From positions 1-64,000 of the forward strand of contig JBGAQA010000011.1 of the NCBI GenBank assembly GCA_044220955.1: DNA of 64,000 bases, written 5' to 3'. Each line of letters opens with the position of its first letter. The stretch's first letter is position 1. Under the pieces are notes generated by a model. The model did no database searches, was not told the origin of the DNA, and saw nothing but the letters and a program-made list of their open reading frames with translations. Shown here in pieces: positions 58,609 to 64,000 of this stretch. The position numbers were made by a program, and so were the translations under genes. This DNA is from Sandaracinaceae bacterium (lineage in GTDB: Bacteria > Myxococcota_A > Polyangia > Polyangiales > Sandaracinaceae).

Positions 58609-59763
58609 ATGCGCATCGCCATCCTCTCGCGCAACGACCGCTCGTACTCGACCGAGCGGATCGTCGAAGCCGCTCGAAAGCGCGGGCACCACGCGGAGGT
58701 GCTCGATCCGCTCCGCTTCGCCGTGAACGTCGAGGCCGACCACCCGAGCCTGCTCTACGGCGGGCTGCCGGTGGAGCACTACGACGCGGTCATCCCGCGG
58801 ATCGGCGCGTCGATCACGTTCTTCGGCACCGCCGTGGTGAGGCAGTTCGAGCAGATGGGTGTGTTCACCCTCAACGGCTCGCACGCGATCACGGTCGCGC
58901 GCGACAAGCTCCGCGCGCTGCAGGTGCTCTCGCGCCACTCGATCGGCTTCCCGGCGTCGTCGTTCGTCAAGCACCGCGACGACATCCTGCCCGCGATCGA
59001 TCGCCTCGGCGGCGCGCCCGTGATCATCAAGCTCCTCGAGGGCACGCAGGGGGTCGGCGTGATCCTCGCCGAGGATCGCCGCATCGCGCAGGCGATCGTC
59101 GAGACGCTCCAGAGCGCCCAGCAGAACGTGCTCATCCAGAAGTTCGTGGCCGAGAGCCGGGGGCGCGACGTCCGGGCGTTCGTCGTGGGCGGGCGGGTGG
59201 TGGCGGCGATGCGGCGCATCGCGACGGACGGCGAGTACCGTTCCAACGTGCACCGCGGCGGTCGCACCGAGGCGCTCCTGCTCTCCCCCGACGCCGAGCG
59301 CGTCGCGCTGCGGGCCGCACAGATCATGGGCCTGCGCGTGGCGGGCGTCGACATGCTCGAGTCGAACGAGGGGCCGCTGGTGATGGAGGTCAACAGCTCG
59401 CCCGGCCTCGAGGGCATCGAGGGCACGACGCGCATCGACATCGCGGGCGCGATCGTGCGCCTGTGCGAGGAGCAGGTGATCTTCCCCGACGTCGACCTCA
59501 AGCAGCGCCTCACGCTCGACAAGGGCTACGGCGTCGCGGAGCTCACCGTCTCGCGCACGAGCGAGCTCGCCAACAAGACGCTGGCGGCCTCGAGCCTCGG
59601 CGACCGTGACGTCCGGGTGCTCTCCATCCAGCGCGGCAGCCTGGCGATCCCCAACCCGCGCGGTGAGACGGAGCTGCTGCCCGGGGACGTCGTCCTCTGC
59701 TTCGGCAAGCTCAGCGCGCTGCGCGAGCTGATCCCCCGCGCATCGCTCCGGCAGAGCGCGTAG
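58609..59763 (+). CDS. rimK: RimK-family ATP-grasp alpha-L-glutamate ligase fused to a C-terminal TrkA-C (RCK_C) domain
   Basis: DAVIPRIGASITFFG, ARDKLRALQ, KLLEGTQGVGV, RSNVHRGG, EVNSSPGLEGIE; then ELANKTL...VLSIQRG...PNP.....LPGDVVLCFG. Confidence 0.85.
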   Translation: MRIAILSRNDRSYSTERIVEAARKRGHHAEVLDPLRFAVNVEADHPSLLYGGLPVEHYDAVIPRIGASITFFGTAVVRQFEQMGVFTLNGSHAITVARDKLRALQVLSRHSIGFPASSFVKHRDDILPAIDRLGGAPVIIKLLEGTQGVGVILAEDRRIAQAIVETLQSAQQNVLIQKFVAESRGRDVRAFVVGGRVVAAMRRIATDGEYRSNVHRGGRTEALLLSPDAERVALRAAQIMGLRVAGVDMLESNEGPLVMEVNSSPGLEGIEGTTRIDIAGAIVRLCEEQVIFPDVDLKQRLTLDKGYGVAELTVSRTSELANKTLAASSLGDRDVRVLSIQRGSLAIPNPRGETELLPGDVVLCFGKLSALRELIPRASLRQSA

Positions 59764-59866
59764 GGGACCGTTCGAATTCTGGACGGTGCGCCCCAGCGAC
59801 GCCCCGGGAGGTGACCGAAGTGCGATCTCGACCCCGCAGAAACGCTCGCTCCGGCCCCGGCCCGGC

Positions 59867-59882
59867 TGGCCCGGCGCTTGCG
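59867..59882 (+). promoter_or_regulatory. sigma54-type promoter
   Basis: TGGCCCGGCGCTTGCG = GG-N10-GC; ATG 14 nt after the -12 C. Confidence 0.65.
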
Positions 59883-59894
59883 CGGAGCGCGCTC

Positions 59895-61427
59895 ATGCGC
59901 GCTTCCATCCTCGCGGCGGTCACGGTCCTGGTCATGGGCGCTTGCCTCGGGGAGCCGGATCCGTCCGACTTCGCGGCCGCCGAGTCGAACCTCACCGCCG
60001 CCCAACGACGGGCGCGGGCCGGCCAGATCCGCGACGCCGCGTCCGCGAACGGCATGACGCAGGGCTACCTGCTCGCCGGCATCGCCGACGCCGAGACCAA
60101 CATGTCGCAGTGCTGGTCGGAGCTCACCTGGGCTTGCCAGGGGCCGACCTCGGCCGACTGTGGGGGTGGCCCGGTCGTCGCCGGCGCGGGGGACGGCCCC
60201 TGCTCGCTCATGCAGGGCGGCCTCGGCATGTTCCAGTTCGACGCCGGCACCTACGATCAGACGCTCGCCCGCGAGGGCGACCGCGTCCTGAGCGTCGCGG
60301 GCAACACGGCGGCCGCCGTCGACTTCGTCGTGGCGATGGTCATCCGCTCCTCGCACATCAGCGGCGTGGACACGCGCGATCAGGCGATCGCCTGGCTCAA
60401 CGGCGTCCGCATCGACAACGGGCAGTGGGACGCGTGGATCACGACGGTCACGCACTACTACAACGGCTGCGCGCCCGGCGCGTCGTGCTTCTCGTCGCGC
60501 TACGCGAGCTACCGGGACCACACGGTCAACGTCTACAACGAGATGGGCGCGAGCTTCTGGGCGACCAGCACCTACGGCGCCGCGTTCGTCGCGCAGTCGT
60601 TCCCGTTCGCCTCCGATCCCTTCCCGCTGACGGCGGGCACCGAGATGGCAGGCTACCTCGAGATGCGGAACACGGGGACGGAGGTCTGGCATCCGGGCGC
60701 GACCTTCCTCGGCACCACCGAGCCACGCGACGCGGCGAGCCCGCTGCGGGGCAGCGACTGGCTCTCCGGCAGCCGCGCGGCGACGATCGATCACGACGTG
60801 GCTCCGGGCGAGACGGGTCGCTTCGCCTTCAGCGTGCGCGCGCCGACGACGCCGGGCGACTACGACCAGTTCTTCAACCTCGTGCAGGAGGGTGTCACCT
60901 GGTTCTCCGACAGCGGCGGACCGATCGACCGCCAGCTGGAGATCCGAGTCACCAGCACCGCAGCCCCCGCGCCCGCCTGTCCCCTGGGAGTCGGCGCGGA
61001 CTGGTCGTGCGACGGAAGCGACCGCGTGATGTGCACGGCCGGGATGGTGATGCGCGAGGCCTGCGCGCACGGCTGCGCCGCGGGCGTGTGCAGCCCGGCG
61101 CCCACCACCGACGTCGATGGCGACGGCTTCGCGGCGGACGACTGCGACGATGCGGATCCCTCGATTCACCCCGGAGCGACCGAGGTCTGCGGAGACGGGA
61201 TCGACCAGGACTGCGATGGAACCGATCGGTCGTGCACGGGCGGCGACGGCGGGCCGGTGTTCCGCTCCGACGCCGGCGTGGGCCTCGGCGCTGACGGCAG
61301 CGCGGGCGCGGGCGCTCGCGGCGGTCTTTCGAGCGGCGGCTGCAGCGCCTCGCCGGCCTCCGGCTCCGGCTCCGGCCTCGCGCTCGTGGGGCTGGCCGCG
61401 CTCGTGCTGTCGCGTCGTCGCCGCTGA
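59895..61427 (+). CDS. Secreted lysozyme-fold-like domain + Ig-like domain + Asp/Cys metal-binding repeat + MYXO-CTERM (paralog A)
   Basis: IADAET, GLGMFQF, HYYNG; MRNTGTEVW...VAPGETGRF.F...APTTPG.Y...F.LV.EG..WF; DVDGDG..DDCDD..IHPGATEVCGDGIDQDCDG; GGCSA-TM-RRRR. Confidence 0.75.
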   Translation: MRASILAAVTVLVMGACLGEPDPSDFAAAESNLTAAQRRARAGQIRDAASANGMTQGYLLAGIADAETNMSQCWSELTWACQGPTSADCGGGPVVAGAGDGPCSLMQGGLGMFQFDAGTYDQTLAREGDRVLSVAGNTAAAVDFVVAMVIRSSHISGVDTRDQAIAWLNGVRIDNGQWDAWITTVTHYYNGCAPGASCFSSRYASYRDHTVNVYNEMGASFWATSTYGAAFVAQSFPFASDPFPLTAGTEMAGYLEMRNTGTEVWHPGATFLGTTEPRDAASPLRGSDWLSGSRAATIDHDVAPGETGRFAFSVRAPTTPGDYDQFFNLVQEGVTWFSDSGGPIDRQLEIRVTSTAAPAPACPLGVGADWSCDGSDRVMCTAGMVMREACAHGCAAGVCSPAPTTDVDGDGFAADDCDDADPSIHPGATEVCGDGIDQDCDGTDRSCTGGDGGPVFRSDAGVGLGADGSAGAGARGGLSSGGCSASPASGSGSGLALVGLAALVLSRRRR

Positions 61428-61464
61428 CTGCGATCGCGACGCAGCAGATCGGGCGGCCGGTCCG

Positions 61465-61480
61465 TGGCACCTGCCTTGCG
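61465..61480 (+). promoter_or_regulatory. sigma54-type promoter
   Basis: TGGCACCTGCCTTGCG = GG-N10-GC; ATG 14 nt after the -12 C. Confidence 0.72.
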
Positions 61481-61492
61481 AAGCCCGGGCCC

Positions 61493-62938
61493 ATGCGCGC
61501 TCTCGCTCTGGCCCTCGCATCGCTCTTCGTGCTCGGCGCGTGTCTCGGGGAGCCCGAGCCGGACGACGTCGTGGCGGCGGAGTCGAGCCTGACGGCTGCG
61601 CAGCGCCGCACCCGCGCCGGGCACATCCGGGACGCGGCCGCGGCGAACGGCATCACGCAGGGCTACCTGCTCGCGGGGATCGCCGACTCCGAGACGAGCA
61701 TGTCGCAGTGCTGGTCGGAGCTCACCTGGGCGTGCCAAGGCCCGCGCTCGAGCGAGTGCGCCGGCCCGGTCGTGGCGGGCGCGGGAGACGGCCCCTGCTC
61801 GGCGCGCCAGGGCGGGCTCGGGATGTTCCAGTTCGACGCGGGCACCTACGACCAGACGCTCACGCGAGAGGGAACGCGCATCCTCACGATCGCCGGCAAC
61901 ACCGCGGCGGCCGTCGACTTCGTCGTCAACATGGTCATCCGCTCGACGCACGTCTCGGGCGTGGGCACGCGCGCCGAGGCGATCGACTGGATCAACGGCG
62001 TTCGCGTCGGCAACGGCCGCTGGAACGCGTGGATCACCACCGTCACGCACTACTACAACGGGTGCGCGCCGGGCGCGTCGTGCTTCTCGTCGCGCTACGC
62101 GCGCTACGCGGACCACACGAGCGACATCTACCGCGAGATGGGCGCGAGCTTCTGGAGCGTGAACCGCTACGCCGCGGAGTACGTGCACCAGAGCTTCCCG
62201 CTCGCGTCGGAGACCTTCCGGCTCACGGCCGGCACCGCCTCGCACGGCTACGTCGAGATGCGGAACACGGGCACACAGACCTGGCGGCCCGGGCACACCT
62301 ACCTCGGCACGAGCGCGCCCCGGGACGCGGCCTCGCCCCTGCGCGCGAGCGACTGGGTCAACGATCACCGCGCCGCGGCCATCGATCGCACCGTGGCGCC
62401 CGGCGCGACCGGCCGCTTCGTCTTCAGCGTGCGCGCGCCCACGACGCCGGGGACGTACTCCCAGTACTTCAACCTGGTGGAGGAGGGCGTCACGTGGTTC
62501 TCCGACAGCGGCGGGCCGGCAGATCGGCAGATCCAGCTGCGCGTCACGAGCGTCGCCGCGCCGCCGCCTCCGCCGCGAGACGCGGGGCCCGTCGCGCGCG
62601 ACGCGGGTCCGCCGCCGCGCGACGCAGGGCACGACGCTGGGCACGACGCCGGGCAGGACGCCGGCCAGGACGCGGCACCGGCGCCCGTGGTCGTCGCCGA
62701 CGCGGGCATCGCTCGCTCGGACGCGGGCCGCGATGCAGCGCTCACGGGCGACGGATCGACGGCCCGTGGCGACGCGGACCCCCCTCACCGCGGCGGCGTG
62801 ATGGTGAGCAGCGGTTGCCGTGCGTCGCCGGGGCGGGGCTCGACCGGGCTGCTCGGGCTGCTCGCCGGCGTCGTCGCGGCGCTCGCGGCCCGCCGAGGGC
62901 CCCGTCCTCGAGGCGCGGGGCCCTGGCGCCGGCCGTGA
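61493..62938 (+). CDS. Tandem paralog B: same head and Ig-like domain, DAG-repeat stalk, MYXO-CTERM-like tail
   Basis: Highly similar to paralog A over roughly the first 350 aa; RDAG/HDAG/QDAG repeats; SSGCRA-TM-RR. Confidence 0.78.
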   Translation: MRALALALASLFVLGACLGEPEPDDVVAAESSLTAAQRRTRAGHIRDAAAANGITQGYLLAGIADSETSMSQCWSELTWACQGPRSSECAGPVVAGAGDGPCSARQGGLGMFQFDAGTYDQTLTREGTRILTIAGNTAAAVDFVVNMVIRSTHVSGVGTRAEAIDWINGVRVGNGRWNAWITTVTHYYNGCAPGASCFSSRYARYADHTSDIYREMGASFWSVNRYAAEYVHQSFPLASETFRLTAGTASHGYVEMRNTGTQTWRPGHTYLGTSAPRDAASPLRASDWVNDHRAAAIDRTVAPGATGRFVFSVRAPTTPGTYSQYFNLVEEGVTWFSDSGGPADRQIQLRVTSVAAPPPPPRDAGPVARDAGPPPRDAGHDAGHDAGQDAGQDAAPAPVVVADAGIARSDAGRDAALTGDGSTARGDADPPHRGGVMVSSGCRASPGRGSTGLLGLLAGVVAALAARRGPRPRGAGPWRRP

Positions 62939-63011
62939 CGACCCCGCAGGGCGGCACCGCGCGCCCGTCGTTCTCCCGGCAGCCGTGACGCGATATCCTC
63001 CGCACGGTTCG

Positions 63012-64000
63012 ATGACGGTCTCTCCGCTTCGCGTCGGCCAGACGGTCGGCGGCAAATACAAGCTGCTGCGCGAGAGCGCGCGCAGCGGCGATCTCGGCGG
63101 CGTCGTCTCCGCCGCCTCCGTGTTCGAGGCCGAGCACGTGTGGACCGGCAAGCGCTTCACGCTGAAGGTGCTGGCGGCGCAGGCCGGCAGCTCCCTCGAG
63201 ATGCGCTTCGTGCGCGAGGCGCGCGCGGCGTCGGCCCTCGTGCACCCGAACGTGGTGAAGGTCTACGACGTCGACCGCGACGCCAACGGCGCCCTCTACC
63301 AGGTGCAGGAGCTGCTCGAGGGCGAGACGCTCGCCGAGGTGCTCCGCGTCCGTCGCCTGCCCGTCGATCTGGCCCTCGACCGCCTCCTGCCCATCATGGA
63401 CGCGCTCGCGCTCGCGCACGACGTGGGGGTCGTGCACCGCGACGTCCGCCCGAGCACGATCTTCTTCAGCCGCAGGCACGACGGATCCGTCGTGCCCAAG
63501 CTGATCGACTTCGGCGTGAGCAAGCTCGTCGGCGCGACCGGAGCGGGCTCGCTCGAGCACAACATGACCGTCAACAACGGCTCGCTCGACACGGTCGCGT
63601 ACCACTCGCCGGAGCGCCTCGCGAGCGATCAGATCGACGCATCGGTCGACGTGTGGGCGATGGCGGTCGTGCTCTACGAGACGCTGAGCGGAGCGACGCC
63701 CTTCCAGTCGCGGAGCTTCACGGACATGGCCGTGATGATCGCGACGCGCGACACCCCGCACCTCTGGGAGCGCGCGCCCGACGTGCCTCCGGAGCTCGCC
63801 GCCGTGGTCGATCACGCCCTCGCTCGTAAGCGCGACTGCCGGATCACCGAGATGACGGTGCTCGTCGCGGAGCTCTGCGCCGCCTCGCATCGCGAGCTGC
63901 CCGAGAAGTCCGAGAGTCTGATCGACGCGCTCGCGCCCGTCCACGTCGACACGGACGCCCTGCCGACGCCGCTCGTGATCGAGGCGATCTCGCCGCCGCG
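63012..64000 (+). CDS. Hanks-type kinase-domain protein with degenerate motifs (3'-truncated by window edge; absent from ORF track)
   Basis: Hand translation: GGKYKLLR...FTLKVL...RFVREARAASALVHPNVVKVYD...HRDVRPST...LIDFGVSK...YHSPE...DVWAMAVVLYE. Confidence 0.85.
   Translation, partial: MTVSPLRVGQTVGGKYKLLRESARSGDLGGVVSAASVFEAEHVWTGKRFTLKVLAAQAGSSLEMRFVREARAASALVHPNVVKVYDVDRDANGALYQVQELLEGETLAEVLRVRRLPVDLALDRLLPIMDALALAHDVGVVHRDVRPSTIFFSRRHDGSVVPKLIDFGVSKLVGATGAGSLEHNMTVNNGSLDTVAYHSPERLASDQIDASVDVWAMAVVLYETLSGATPFQSRSFTDMAVMIATRDTPHLWERAPDVPPELAAVVDHALARKRDCRITEMTVLVAELCAASHRELPEKSESLIDALAPVHVDTDALPTPLVIEAISPP

Noticed and set aside
49543..59763. RiPP cluster combining the repeat peptide with the radical SAM, ATP-grasp and Cu-monooxygenase genes
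   Set aside because: The peptide is insulated by terminators and has a Tat signal; the enzymes look like ordinary KamA and RimK families, lie 3-9 kb away and are separated by typA

Overview
High-GC chromosomal window, densely coding. MYXO-CTERM-type sorting tails, Hanks kinases, Cys-rich/DAG-linker lipoproteins and sigma54 motifs point to Myxococcota, probably Polyangia/Sandaracinaceae-like (inference). About 62 CDSs. Housekeeping and transport genes include typA, rnhA, rimK-like, a KamA-family radical SAM enzyme, a ROK kinase, SulP, two ABC systems, a DHH phosphoesterase and a GMC oxidoreductase; many secreted proteins are uncharacterised. I found no tRNA, rRNA, CRISPR array, transposase or integrase. 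Highlights: (1) three modular secreted proteins sharing an Ig-like core and a MYXO-CTERM tail but carrying different putative cell-wall-lytic heads, each behind a sigma54-type motif at near-identical spacing; (2) a dispersed structured intergenic repeat family with 3 copies; (3) a stand-alone Tat-exported mini-protein made of DxDPxDPxGxG repeats; (4) a recurrent TAnnnT hexamer 6-9 nt before start codons, suggesting leaderless transcription; (5) a PHM-like copper monooxygenase, a RimK-RCK_C fusion, two atypical kinases and a translationally coupled operon of unknown membrane proteins. All product calls come from motif recognition by eye; no database searches were run.
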